Positions 49,860-58,372 of a DNA stretch of 64,000 bases are shown one piece after another; the stretch's first letter is position 1; every line of letters starts with the position of its first letter. The position numbers and the translations under genes are program-made. The stretch is from contig JBMORM010000014.1 in assembly GCA_049322675.1 (NCBI GenBank), positions 15,896 through 79,895 of the forward strand, read 5' to 3'. Origin of the DNA: Patescibacteria group bacterium (lineage in GTDB: Bacteria > Patescibacteriota > JAHJAL01). Under the pieces are notes generated by a model, which saw nothing but the letters and a program-made list of their open reading frames with translations, searched no databases and was not told the DNA's origin.

Positions 49860-51233
49860 CTATCGTATTCCCGCCCCATTCTCCACTTTCTTTTCCGGAT
49901 TTAGCAAAATCGCTTTTCCCGCATCATCTACGCACAACATCATTCCCTTTGATTTGATTCCCCGCAGTTCTTTTTCCTCCAGATTAGCCAAAACCGGAAT
50001 TTGCCTACCCAGCAATTCCTCTGGTTTGTAATATTCTTTTATTCCGGCTACAATTGTATTTTCTCCCCTGGCGCCAAAATCCAAGGTCAATTTGTACAAT
50101 TTGTCCGCTCCCGCCACTTCATCTACCGCTTTAATTTCTGCGATTCTGACGTCGATTTTGAGCCAATCCTCAAAAGATATCTCCGGCTTTTCTTTTAATT
50201 CAGTACTTTTCATTGGCAATACCAGTCCGACATTTTTCTTTGCTTTTTCTAAAGTTATACCAGCAGTTGCTTTTGCCTTGGCAGCTCCCTTGGCCATAAG
50301 TAACCCGACATAATCTTTATTCTTCTCCAATTCCCGATATTTTTCTTGGATGGGTTTCAAAAAATCAATAATCAACTCCGCCAGATCATTTTTAAAATCA
50401 CCATACCCCTTACCCTGATATTTTTTTTCAATCACCTTCTCTCCTGTTCCTGTAATACATTGATAAATAGTCAATAAATTGTATAAACCTTTTCTTTCTT
50501 TATCAAAAACAATGTCCTGACCGGAATCAGTTACCGCCTTTGCAATCTTTTGCCTAATATCTTCCGGATTATCCAAAAGCCAAATATAATCATATTTGCT
50601 CTTGGCGGACTTATCCATTTTCTTTTCTGGATTATCTAAAGCCATAACCCTCGCTCCCTGAGGAGGGATAAAAGCCTGGGGTTCCTTGAAAATCTCTCCA
50701 TAAGTTCGATTGAATTTTCTAGCAATCTCCCTGGTGATTTCCACGTGTTGAGTTTGATCATCTCCCACCGGTACCAAATCCGTTTGATAAAGCAAAATAT
50801 CCGCCGCCATCAAAACCGGATAATCAAACAACCCTACCGATACGTTTTCCTGTGACAATTTGGCGGATTTTTCTTTGTATTGAATCATCTGCGTCATCCA
50901 GGAAAAAGGAGTTACGCAATTTAATAACCAGCACAATTCAGTATGCTCCGGAATATGTGACTGAATAAAAATATTTGATTTCTCCGGATCAATCCCGCAA
51001 GCCAAATACAGCATAAACATTTCCATACTTTTTTCTCGTACCAATTTCGGATCTTTGGGAGTGGTCAAGGCGTGCAAATCAGCAATAAAAAACCAATTTT
51101 CATTCGGGCCTTCATTTTGTTGTTTAACCCATTCCCGAATAGCCCCAATATAATTTCCAATAGTCAAATTTCCGGAAGGAGCAATACCTGATAACACTCT
51201 TTTTTTCATGGTAAACCTCTGATGAATAATCAA
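49860..51233 (-). CDS. trpS: tryptophan--tRNA ligase fused to a C-terminal EMAP/Trbp111-type tRNA-binding (OB-fold) domain
   Basis: Class-I motifs SGIAPSGNLTIGNYIGA (HIGH-like) and KMDKS (KMSKS); C-terminal ~110 aa FEDWLKIDVRIAEIKAVDEVAGADKLYKLTLDFGARGENTIVAGIKEYYKPEELLGRQIPVLANLEEKELRGIKSKGMML resembles the MetRS/CsaA tRNA-binding domain; likely start MKKRV at 51209. Confidence 0.88.
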   Translation of the reverse strand: MIIHQRFTMKKRVLSGIAPSGNLTIGNYIGAIREWVKQQNEGPNENWFFIADLHALTTPKDPKLVREKSMEMFMLYLACGIDPEKSNIFIQSHIPEHTELCWLLNCVTPFSWMTQMIQYKEKSAKLSQENVSVGLFDYPVLMAADILLYQTDLVPVGDDQTQHVEITREIARKFNRTYGEIFKEPQAFIPPQGARVMALDNPEKKMDKSAKSKYDYIWLLDNPEDIRQKIAKAVTDSGQDIVFDKERKGLYNLLTIYQCITGTGEKVIEKKYQGKGYGDFKNDLAELIIDFLKPIQEKYRELEKNKDYVGLLMAKGAAKAKATAGITLEKAKKNVGLVLPMKSTELKEKPEISFEDWLKIDVRIAEIKAVDEVAGADKLYKLTLDFGARGENTIVAGIKEYYKPEELLGRQIPVLANLEEKELRGIKSKGMMLCVDDAGKAILLNPEKKVENGAGIR

Positions 51234-51311
51234 TAAACTCTAATAATATTATATCCCATCTTTTCCTAAAAACAGGATTTTTGCTAACATTAAAATATCT
51301 AATAAAAACAT

Positions 51312-51899
51312 ATGTTCAAAAATCGTTTTTTTCTTATCGTCCTTTTCTCCATTCTAGTCGTGACGTCATTTCAATTGTATCGCTTCAATCAGGCTTCGCG
51401 GTTAAAATCGATTGCCTCCACCAATACCCAGCTCAATCTTAATGTATTAGTCGGCTCCCTTTCTCAAACTGTTTCTTCGGACATTGGCGGCGGCAACGAA
51501 GTCAAATTGAGCCCGGTTGACATAACTACCGCTCCTGCGACTGGAGTTGATACCACCGGAGATTTCAATACCACCGTTCGTGACCACCGGGGGCTTGCCA
51601 TCGGTTGGAGTCAAACAGTAACTTGTAGTGATTTTGTCAGCGGCACTGATGTTATTCCTGTGTCCAGCCTTTCGATTGCTCCTACTACCCTCACTCCGAT
51701 TGGCGTATCTGATCCCACCGGCGTTCACCTGGGTCCAACCCACAATTTTGCCAATACTTCGGATGCGGCCACGATCATCTACGCCGCTGCCGGTCGCGGC
51801 CAAGGTCGCTTCGATATTTACAATATTTTAACTCTTCACGTTGACAAAAACACGCCCGTTGGACTTTATGTTTCCACTATGACCGTCACAATCAGTTAA
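51312..51899 (+). CDS. secreted Thr/Gly/Val-rich protein with N-terminal signal/anchor; possibly a surface fibre or pilin-like subunit
   Basis: MFKNRFFLIVLFSILVVTSFQLY hydrophobic N-terminus; locally higher GC; no enzymatic motif. Confidence 0.5.
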   Translation: MFKNRFFLIVLFSILVVTSFQLYRFNQASRLKSIASTNTQLNLNVLVGSLSQTVSSDIGGGNEVKLSPVDITTAPATGVDTTGDFNTTVRDHRGLAIGWSQTVTCSDFVSGTDVIPVSSLSIAPTTLTPIGVSDPTGVHLGPTHNFANTSDAATIIYAAAGRGQGRFDIYNILTLHVDKNTPVGLYVSTMTVTIS

Positions 51900-51900
51900 A

Positions 51901-52767
51901 TCAGACTCTCAAAATCAACAATGAACCAAATTTCTCATTCCCTTCCTCCACCCCAAACCAGGGGTGGCATTCATTGATACTCACTTTGGCTCCATAATCA
52001 AGACTCCGATTTTCCACGACCAAAAATTCATCCCCTTCCGCATTTTTTGATGAAGTCCAAAAGCTGTTATTTTCGTCGTTCAAAACGCAATTTTTTAAAC
52101 CCGATCCTATCGACAATGATTTTAGAAACAAAATTTCCGATAGATTGGCATTTGTTTTTATTTTCAAATCAATAACCTCAATATCTGCCGTCATTTTTTC
52201 CAAATCCTGATTCTTGACTATCTCCCTATATTTCTCCAAAAAGCCCAATATTTCTTCTTTAGCAAAAAAATTTTTCTGTAAATTTTTCAATTTTCTAAAT
52301 TCGATCAATTTTAACCTGATCTGGTCCAGATAATTGTTATCCATCTCAGACCTAAAAATTGCATTTTTTACCAAAATCCACCCCGCATTTATTTTTTCCT
52401 GGCGTATATTGCTCTTATTACAAGATTGCCAAAAACAATTGCTTTCCTTTATCAGATCATTTTTTTGGCTATTTTTGAATCTTCTCAATATCTCATAAAC
52501 CTCCAGTCTATTTCCGTCTTCATCTTGGTCAATCATTAAAAACAACAAATAATCTTGTCTTTTAAATTCCACCAGATCCTTTCGACTGATGGAAAGTTTT
52601 GGAATTTTGATTTTATTGGTATCTATTCCTAAATTTAATCTGATCGAATCCGGACCAAAAAATCTATTCTCAAAAATCATTCTGGCATCCTTGATTGAAC
52701 ATTCGTCGGGATTACGAGGTAACCAATCAATATTTAATTCTTCTATACTCATAAAAATATTGCCCAA
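51901..52767 (-). CDS. hypothetical protein (288 aa)
   Basis: ORF only; convergent with the previous gene across a 1-bp gap. Confidence 0.45.
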   Translation of the reverse strand: MGNIFMSIEELNIDWLPRNPDECSIKDARMIFENRFFGPDSIRLNLGIDTNKIKIPKLSISRKDLVEFKRQDYLLFLMIDQDEDGNRLEVYEILRRFKNSQKNDLIKESNCFWQSCNKSNIRQEKINAGWILVKNAIFRSEMDNNYLDQIRLKLIEFRKLKNLQKNFFAKEEILGFLEKYREIVKNQDLEKMTADIEVIDLKIKTNANLSEILFLKSLSIGSGLKNCVLNDENNSFWTSSKNAEGDEFLVVENRSLDYGAKVSINECHPWFGVEEGNEKFGSLLILRV

Positions 52768-52898
52768 TTATTAAATATTATCTAGTATTAATAATACAGC
52801 ATTGAAAATCCATACCATATAAAACCTTGACATATACATTAAAAAATGTTAATAATAACATATTGTCACTTTAGATACTTTAAACTAATCAAATCAAT

Positions 52899-53648
52899 AT
52901 GAAACTGGAAAATAATCAAAATTTAGTTTTTGAACCGACAAATAAATCTATCATTGGAAAAAACAATCAACAAACATACTTTGAAAAACTAAAAAAATTC
53001 GTTCAAGAAGGTACGAAAGGAATCAAAGATTTTTCCCAAGAAGCTGCCAAATTACCAAATTATCTAATCAAACAGAAAGCAAAAGAACAAAAAAGGAGAG
53101 AGGCAAAAGCCAAGGCCAAACCCGCAATTCCTGTTGCGCAAAACGACTGCAAAAAGATTTCGAAATTACCTCAAAAAATATGTACTATCGCCGGTCTGTC
53201 CGGGATATTGCTTCTAAATTATATCCGTCCATCCGAGATCGAAGGCAAATCCATCGATAAAATCTCCTTATCAAATGTTCGCGTCTCCGTCCATCAAAGA
53301 CATGAATATCACAAGTCTGACCTCGAAAATATCGCCCTCCGAGACGATTCGATTGATCTGGCAGAAGTGGTTGTCAAAGTTCGACTAAATAGTAGTGAAG
53401 CCAACCAACACCGTCGTAAACCGTCCATCAAGGAAAATGTCGATTATAAATCACTGATTCTAAATCCAAAAAGCGCTGAAGAAGTCTGGAAAAAAATTAA
53501 AAATCTTAAAAACAATAACGGGGAACAGCCAAAAATTTATCTCAATAAAAAAATCAGCTCATACTGTGATGGAGTAATATGCAAAGATGGCAATCCGCCA
53601 ACTCCATATTTTAGTTACGCCGTTGACAAAACTATGCTCGGCCAATAA
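52899..53648 (+). CDS. hypothetical protein (249 aa) with a Lys-rich segment and one hydrophobic helix
   Basis: KAKEQKRREAKAKAKP; ICTIAGLSGILLLNYI; ends with TAA at 53646-53648, after which the frame stays open into the next ORF. Confidence 0.45.
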   Translation: MKLENNQNLVFEPTNKSIIGKNNQQTYFEKLKKFVQEGTKGIKDFSQEAAKLPNYLIKQKAKEQKRREAKAKAKPAIPVAQNDCKKISKLPQKICTIAGLSGILLLNYIRPSEIEGKSIDKISLSNVRVSVHQRHEYHKSDLENIALRDDSIDLAEVVVKVRLNSSEANQHRRKPSIKENVDYKSLILNPKSAEEVWKKIKNLKNNNGEQPKIYLNKKISSYCDGVICKDGNPPTPYFSYAVDKTMLGQ

Positions 53649-53726
53649 TTTATCGTTGAATACACCAACAAAAAAACCGGAAAAAAAGCCTATATCGGCT
53701 TTGGCAAAGGCAGTGACACCGGTGGT

Positions 53727-53975
53727 TTGATCAGTAAAAATGATTCTGATCCAGATATGAGATTTCTTGACGTCTTCGGACCAGATCGAAATGCCTCATT
53801 TGATATTGGCGTTCAAGGAGAAAAAGAATGGCAAATTACATTGGTAATCGAAATTCCACCCGGAATACCAGGAGTATCAGACGATCAAACTGTTCAAGAA
53901 ATAAAACAAGCAAAAAAATCTCTCCAACCTTCGATTACCAAGCAAGTCAATGAAGCCGCACCGGAATCACTTTGA
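53727..53975 (+). CDS. hypothetical protein (82 aa), in-frame continuation of the previous ORF
   Basis: Same frame as 52899..53648; the 78 nt between them contain no stop. Confidence 0.35.
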   Translation: MISKNDSDPDMRFLDVFGPDRNASFDIGVQGEKEWQITLVIEIPPGIPGVSDDQTVQEIKQAKKSLQPSITKQVNEAAPESL

Positions 53976-54000
53976 TAACAAAATTCAATATTCTTAAGTT

Positions 54001-54039
54001 AAAAAACACCCCCGCTCATTTTGAGTGGGGGTGTTTTTC
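54001..54039. terminator. bidirectional rho-independent terminator
   Basis: A5, ACACCCCCGCTC-ATTTT-GAGTGGGGGTGT, T5; serves the convergent genes ending at 53975(+) and 54053(-). Confidence 0.8.
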
Positions 54040-54052
54040 GTACTCATCAAAG

Positions 54053-54790
54053 TTAATTACTCCTGATCAAACTATCTTTAATTGCTACTTGAGCCGTATC
54101 ACAAGGATTATCTAATAAATATTTTTCAACGATTTCCGATGAATCAATTTTTTCTATCAATCCTTTTATTAATTTAAAAAAAATTACATCCTCTGCCTTA
54201 TCTAGTTGGGTCAAAAAAGGAATTCTCTCCATATAATCAAAGTATTCGTCGATTTCGCTTTGAGAAAAACCCTGCGCTCGAAAATAACTGCAAAACAAAT
54301 TATTGATTGAAATATATCTATGTAAGATATCATTTAATTTCTCTTTTTTTCCCGGATTGTCGCCGTACAATTGATTGATTTGTTCTTTAAAAGACCAAGT
54401 TTTTTCATCGGAAAAAAAGAAACCAAAAAATTTTTGGAATAAAACACGTTCAGTCGAATTGAAAAGAGAAGATTTCTTTTTGATCTTATGATTAAATTTT
54501 GTTTCTTGGTATAGCTGAATAAAATCAAGCAATTTATAGGTAAAATCCAATTTTTGTTTTTTCTCAAGTATCTCTCTGATTTTTTGCTTGCTGACAGCAA
54601 AAAAATCCGGTCCAAAATCAGTTGAGTCAAAATCTCTTTTTAAAATTGTAGCATCAGTTACTCCAAAGGCATTTTGAAAAATATTCACAAAAATCGCGTG
54701 GTCAGTTGTGTCTTGTTGCTCCTTGTTTTTTTCTATGCGACTCTCCCTAAGGATTTGGGAAAAATCACCGCTTAAACTAGATATTGACAT
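54053..54790 (-). CDS. hypothetical protein (245 aa)
   Basis: ORF only. Confidence 0.45.
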   Translation of the reverse strand: MSISSLSGDFSQILRESRIEKNKEQQDTTDHAIFVNIFQNAFGVTDATILKRDFDSTDFGPDFFAVSKQKIREILEKKQKLDFTYKLLDFIQLYQETKFNHKIKKKSSLFNSTERVLFQKFFGFFFSDEKTWSFKEQINQLYGDNPGKKEKLNDILHRYISINNLFCSYFRAQGFSQSEIDEYFDYMERIPFLTQLDKAEDVIFFKLIKGLIEKIDSSEIVEKYLLDNPCDTAQVAIKDSLIRSN

Positions 54791-54928
54791 AGTATAATAA
54801 TTAATTGGTTCTATAGTATGTTTTGATAGATAATACTATTTATACCAGAAATGTCAATATTCGTATCAAAAAAGTATTGACCGATTGATTATATTAATCA
54901 ACAATGCTCCTGTATTTAAAATATTTTT

Positions 54929-55297
54929 ATGAACGAAAAAATCACTCCAATCTGGAAAAACCACCCTGAAAGACAATCTTCAATTGAAAACAAACTGATA
55001 GACAAAACAAATAATTCTGAAACATCCGAAAAAAAACCTGAAAAAGAAATATTTCATTTTTACTTTTCATTATCAGAAGAAAACCATATCATTGACTACG
55101 AAAAAATTGAACAAGAAATTGTCAATCACGATAATTTTTCCGGTCATAAATTGATATTTTTTAAGGTTAACCCATATCAGGCATTTCCGAACTACAAAGC
55201 AGTAATTTCTTATACCAATCGTTTCCGTAAAAAAGTTGGAGTATATGAAATAGTAGTTGGGCACAACAATAATTGGAAATATTTATCTAAACAGTAA
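54929..55297 (+). CDS. hypothetical protein (122 aa)
   Basis: ORF only. Confidence 0.4.
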   Translation: MNEKITPIWKNHPERQSSIENKLIDKTNNSETSEKKPEKEIFHFYFSLSEENHIIDYEKIEQEIVNHDNFSGHKLIFFKVNPYQAFPNYKAVISYTNRFRKKVGVYEIVVGHNNNWKYLSKQ

Positions 55298-55372
55298 TTT
55301 GAGGTCAAAAAATATTGAAAAAAATAAAAACAAATGTTACAATAAACAGATTTATAATAAAAAAACAAAAAA

Positions 55373-56809
55373 ATGCCCCTATCTATAGAAGAGAAAAAAA
55401 ACACCGATAACACTTCCCGGCCAGAAACCGGAAGTATGTCATATAATCTATATGGGGAAGAAAAGGATATTTCAGGAGCAATAGATAATAATCCAATCGA
55501 TTTTTTTCAATATTATAAAAGCATATTTGAGATAGAAACCGGGCAAACATTTGATGACCAATTATGGCTGAAAAAAACCAAAGAAATAAAATACGCGTAT
55601 AATTTAATCCAAAAAAATATAAATTTAGATGTTAAACAATCGGAAATTAATAACCTCTTTCTCAAGACAGCAGGCGAAATAAAGGAAATTTTTCATCTGG
55701 AAACATACGACCGCAACCAAAATATTCCATTGGGTGTTTCTGAAATAATGAATAGATTTGATCGGTTAAAAATACCTGAAAAATCTCACCTTTTGTATTG
55801 TCGAGATTTTATGAAAGATATATTCTCTGCCTCCAATATTATTGTAGATAAATATGGAAGCAATCATCCCTTTCGTCGAGCTACTAGATCAATCATTAAC
55901 CACTGCTTGCCCGATATCAAATACATTGATCCAGCAACTGGTCTGGATATTAGTTTGGACAATTATTTTGACGAAAGAAATAGAATTGATTCGGGTTTGG
56001 CCCGTTCTAATCCAAATTTTTTAAAATCAATACTAGAAGGAGATCCAAAACTGATAAATAATCCCGAATATTCCAAATATCTTAATGCTCTTGCCAACAT
56101 CTTGAAAAAAATTAACCAGTCCTATGACATAGGTTATATTCAGACATTAACTGTTGAATTTTCCCAATCGCATCACAACGAATTGACCACCAAAGAACCG
56201 GAAAAAAGGCATGAAATGAAAGAAAATGAATTAGGTAAAATTGATGAGATTATGAATTATCTTTGTTCTAGTCATGATTTAAAAGAATTTACCCTCGCCA
56301 ACAAGGAAAAACTGAATGGTATTATTCATATGATAAATCAGAAACACAGTATTATCGGTCCTAGTGACAAAATTTTCAGTCCAATATCAACGACATTCAA
56401 TAAAGACAACCCGTTGATAAGTAAGGAAATAATTGAAAAGATCATTGGTGAAATTAGTTTTTCTGAATTAAATCAAAAAGTTGGTGAATTTCAAGGGGTA
56501 ATCAAATCATTTGTTTCCGAACTTGATCCAAATTCTGACCTCAAATTTATTGATTTGCCGGCAAAGAATCCAAATGAAAAAGCAGAAATTGTTTCTGAAC
56601 TTGCTCAATTGCAAAAAAACATCGATCAAGAATTTTCTCAAGATGATATAACCGCAAAAAAAGTAAAATATATTTTACTTTATGATTATATTTTGCTTAA
56701 ATTTACCGATTCTTTGAACAAGTCTTCTGAATTTAATCAAGAACAAACCATTCAACCTGAAGAAATTTTTTCACACGAAACTGTTGATTCGGAAAAACTA
56801 GCCGCCTAA
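55373..56809 (+). CDS. hypothetical protein (478 aa)
   Basis: ORF only; 4-nt overlap with the convergent gene 56806..57720. Confidence 0.5.
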   Translation: MPLSIEEKKNTDNTSRPETGSMSYNLYGEEKDISGAIDNNPIDFFQYYKSIFEIETGQTFDDQLWLKKTKEIKYAYNLIQKNINLDVKQSEINNLFLKTAGEIKEIFHLETYDRNQNIPLGVSEIMNRFDRLKIPEKSHLLYCRDFMKDIFSASNIIVDKYGSNHPFRRATRSIINHCLPDIKYIDPATGLDISLDNYFDERNRIDSGLARSNPNFLKSILEGDPKLINNPEYSKYLNALANILKKINQSYDIGYIQTLTVEFSQSHHNELTTKEPEKRHEMKENELGKIDEIMNYLCSSHDLKEFTLANKEKLNGIIHMINQKHSIIGPSDKIFSPISTTFNKDNPLISKEIIEKIIGEISFSELNQKVGEFQGVIKSFVSELDPNSDLKFIDLPAKNPNEKAEIVSELAQLQKNIDQEFSQDDITAKKVKYILLYDYILLKFTDSLNKSSEFNQEQTIQPEEIFSHETVDSEKLAA

Positions 56810-57720
56810 TCAATCGTTTCCACCATCTCCCGCCACTTCTCCGCATATTCTCCTCTCTTTCCCTCCGGATGGAATTTCAAAATATTTTTTGAAGCCATGG
56901 CTCCGTCGATATTGTCGACTGGGGTCTTTTTTTTGATCTTTTTCAGTTGTGATTTTTCCAGAAACATTTCTACCAAATCACCAAGCCAACCGGACAATAT
57001 TATTTCCCCCAACTTACCCCACCAATTTGGCTTATCAGTGTTCAATAGAGGATTGATCATCTTGGTATTGGGAATAAATTTTTCCACCCATTTATTTTTC
57101 CGCCAGAAATTCTCCGCCACTTTCATATCGGTCCCATAAATCGGCCGAAGCCATTTGAGCCAGTACATTAGATAAATATCATTTTCGTCTATCAACAGTT
57201 TTCGAAAATTTATGTAATTTTCGGTAACGTAAAAACTCAGACAAAACCGGTTGGCGACGTTTTTGCCGTGCCGCCATTTTCCCAAAAGAAACATCCAGCC
57301 AGTCAAAATAACCCGTGTAGTAAACAAGCGGTTCTTTTTGGTTATCACCAGCAAATCAATATCCCCATTTTCTTTGGCGTTACTAAACCCCAATGTATTA
57401 CTCACTCCCACCAGCTTAATAAACGGCACGAGCCGAAAAACCCAGCGATATTTCTCCACCATCCGCCATTTGTGGTAGGAAAATAAATATCTCTTTTTTC
57501 TTATATTAAACAGCTCTCCCCGCCCTGCCAGACAATAAAAACCATCGGCAAAATCTATTTTATTTTCTTCGCGCAAAACATCAATTGTTTTCAAACAATC
57601 ATTTAAATCGCATTTAACCCCCCACAAATTGTCAAAAATTTCCATATTGGTCAGCGGAAATTCAAACAAATCATAGAAAGCCAAGGTGGCGAGGATGGAG
57701 TTTTTGATGGGGGTTATCAA
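56806..57720 (-). CDS. hypothetical protein with a possible minimal nucleotidyltransferase-like signature
   Basis: LVGVSNTLGFSNAKENGDIDLLVI fits hG[GS]x9-13 Dh[DE]h loosely; TTG start at 57720, alternative Met 25 codons downstream. Confidence 0.4.
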   Translation of the reverse strand: MITPIKNSILATLAFYDLFEFPLTNMEIFDNLWGVKCDLNDCLKTIDVLREENKIDFADGFYCLAGRGELFNIRKKRYLFSYHKWRMVEKYRWVFRLVPFIKLVGVSNTLGFSNAKENGDIDLLVITKKNRLFTTRVILTGWMFLLGKWRHGKNVANRFCLSFYVTENYINFRKLLIDENDIYLMYWLKWLRPIYGTDMKVAENFWRKNKWVEKFIPNTKMINPLLNTDKPNWWGKLGEIILSGWLGDLVEMFLEKSQLKKIKKKTPVDNIDGAMASKNILKFHPEGKRGEYAEKWREMVETID

Positions 57721-57726
57721 GTTTAA

Positions 57727-57790
57727 AAGTTATCAAGTTATAAAGTGAGAACGTTTTAACGTATAAACGTATGAACGTTCATGCATTTAT
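57727..57790. repeat. left arm of an imperfect inverted repeat bracketing the four-helix-bundle gene
   Basis: AAGTTATCAAGTTATAAAGTG (57727-57747), then GAGAACGTTTTAACGTATAAACGTATGAACGTTCATGC; pairs with 58275-58359. Confidence 0.6.
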
Positions 57791-57802
57791 ACGTTTATAC
57801 TT

Positions 57803-58174
57803 TTATATATTCTTTCTTAAAACCTTAATAAGACATGCGATCATTGAAGAAATTTTCTCGCACTTATCTTTGATTATTACAAAATCATTAGTTTTAATAT
57901 ATAACAATTTGTTGGCAAGATATAATTGTGTTTTAAGCTCCGAGCATGAACCCTTCGATATGTACAAAAATCTTACAAACTCTTTCTTGGTCCCTCTTTC
58001 AAAACCTTCTGCAATATTACTTGGGATAGATACTGCTGCTCTTTGCATTTGTTGTATTAGTCCATAATCATTTCTAAATAAATACTTATTATTAGTTTGT
58101 TGATAAATCACTTCAACCAAAATCATACTTTCTTGCCATACTTTTATCTCTTCTACTTTTTTAAAAAAATTCAT
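57803..58174 (-). CDS. four-helix-bundle protein of the '23S rRNA intervening sequence protein' family (TIGR02436/PF05635-like)
   Basis: QMQRAAVSIPSNIAEGFERGTKKEFVRFLYISKGSCSELKTQLYLANKL matches the family signature A.SI.SNIAEG..R....E...FL.IA.GS..E; 123 aa. Confidence 0.8.
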   Translation of the reverse strand: MNFFKKVEEIKVWQESMILVEVIYQQTNNKYLFRNDYGLIQQMQRAAVSIPSNIAEGFERGTKKEFVRFLYISKGSCSELKTQLYLANKLLYIKTNDFVIIKDKCEKISSMIACLIKVLRKNI

Positions 58175-58274
58175 ATTATATTCTATTTACATTCTTGCTT
58201 TTATGCCCTTTACAAATTCAAACTAAATAATATCATTTGTTTATTAAAAAAAAATTAAGTAAAATTGAATCTAG

Positions 58275-58359
58275 GAGCGTATAGACGTGCAAACGTAAGA
58301 AAGTAAAAACGTTCCCACGTTCATACTTTCCCACTTTCCCTCCTTATAACTTTATAACT
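58275..58359. repeat. right arm of the inverted repeat bracketing the four-helix-bundle gene
   Basis: 58343-58359 CTTATAACTTTATAACT is the reverse complement of AGTTATAAAGTTATAAG (left arm AGTTATCAAGTTATAAAG); inner GGGAACGTTTTTAC/GTATGAACGT mirror the left-arm segments. Confidence 0.6.
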
Positions 58360-58372
58360 ATATAATTACTTC

